From a virus (lineage: Duplodnaviria > Heunggongvirae > Uroviricota > Caudoviricetes), in IMG/VR virus record IMGVR_UViG_2737471831_000003, positions 1-12,424 of that record: a stretch of 12,424 bases of DNA. The stretch is one strand, 5' to 3'. Of the stretch, positions 12,071 through 12,424 are shown piece after piece. The notes beneath the pieces are model-generated. The model saw nothing but the letters and a program-made list of their open reading frames with translations, did not search any database and had not been told where the DNA came from. Each line of letters begins with the position of its first letter. Positions within the stretch are counted from its first letter, which is position 1. The position numbers and the translations under genes were made by a program.

Positions 12071-12424
12071 ATGCAGGTACTAAATTCCCAGCGTAAAGCT
12101 TTCCTCGATATGGTGGCATGGTCAGAAGGAACGGATAACGGGCGACAACCGACACGTAACCACGGTTATGATGTTATTGTTGGCGGCGAACTGTTTACTG
12201 ATTACTCCGATCACCCTCGCAAACTTGTCACGCTAAACCCCAAACTCAAATCAACAGCCGCCGGGCGTTATCAGCTTCTTTCACGCTGGTGGGATGCTTA
12301 CCGTAACCAGCTTGGTTTGAAAGACTTTTCCCCCAAAAGCCAGGACGCAGTGGCATTGCAGCAGATTAAAGAGCGTGGTGCTTTACCGATGATTGATCGC
12401 GGTGATATGATCCTACCCACGTAA
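12071..12424 (+). pseudogene. R: Endolysin R (lambda-type lytic transglycosylase), truncated after ~112 codons
   Basis: AAGGAG 6 nt before the ATG. The first ~112 residues are near-identical to lambda R as recalled (NSQRKAFLDM.AWSEGTDNGRQ.TRNHGYDVIVGGELFTDYSDHPRKLVTLNPKLKST.AGRYQLLSRWWDAYR.QLGLKDFSPKSQDAVALQQIKERGALPMIDRGD); the frame then reads MILPT-stop, encoded by IS-end sequence. Lambda R is 158 aa. Confidence 0.85.
12408..12424. mobile_element. Terminal inverted repeat of an IS3-family element (IS3 IRR-like) at the window edge
   Basis: TGATCCTACCCACGTAA matches the outer end of the IS3 right inverted repeat as recalled (TGATCCTACCCACGTAATATGGACACAGGCC...). The element body lies beyond the window. 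Confidence 0.6.

Noticed and set aside
1-12424. LexA SOS box (CTGT-N8-ACAG) controlling the repressor or the cargo genes
   Set aside because: Manual scan of the intergenic regions found no CTGT-N8-ACAG palindrome; the repressor is probably RecA-cleavable itself.

Overview
This window is the integrase-to-lysis part of a lambdoid prophage from an E. coli-like enterobacterial host. All protein-family calls below come from reading the translations by eye and from memory; no database search was possible. Left to right: int and xis (minus strand, int stop at window position 1-3), a GC-rich highly self-complementary intergenic element, a short early-left region with small ORFs including a ClpX-type zinc-finger protein, then an immunity region with a cI/LexA-type S24 repressor (minus) and a Cro/YdaS-like protein (plus), both flanked by the same operator-like heptamers. 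The early-right operon follows: a cII-position protein, a replication initiator carrying a 15-bp iteron array, a PerC-like regulator, a LexA-DNA-binding-domain-only protein, RusA, a KilA-N protein, a DUF968-like protein and a Q antiterminator. Beyond Q lie an AT-rich antisense two-gene cassette, a putative late promoter/terminator, holin S, and a lambda R-type endolysin cut off by what looks like an IS3-family terminal inverted repeat at the window edge. Two AT-rich cargo insertions are the best candidates for an undescribed accessory or defence system: the 311-aa soluble protein plus 4-TM membrane protein cassette (9875-11412), and a TerB-like-repeat/BRCT protein (2670-3560) between OL and cI. 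No rRNA, tRNA or CRISPR array was recognised.
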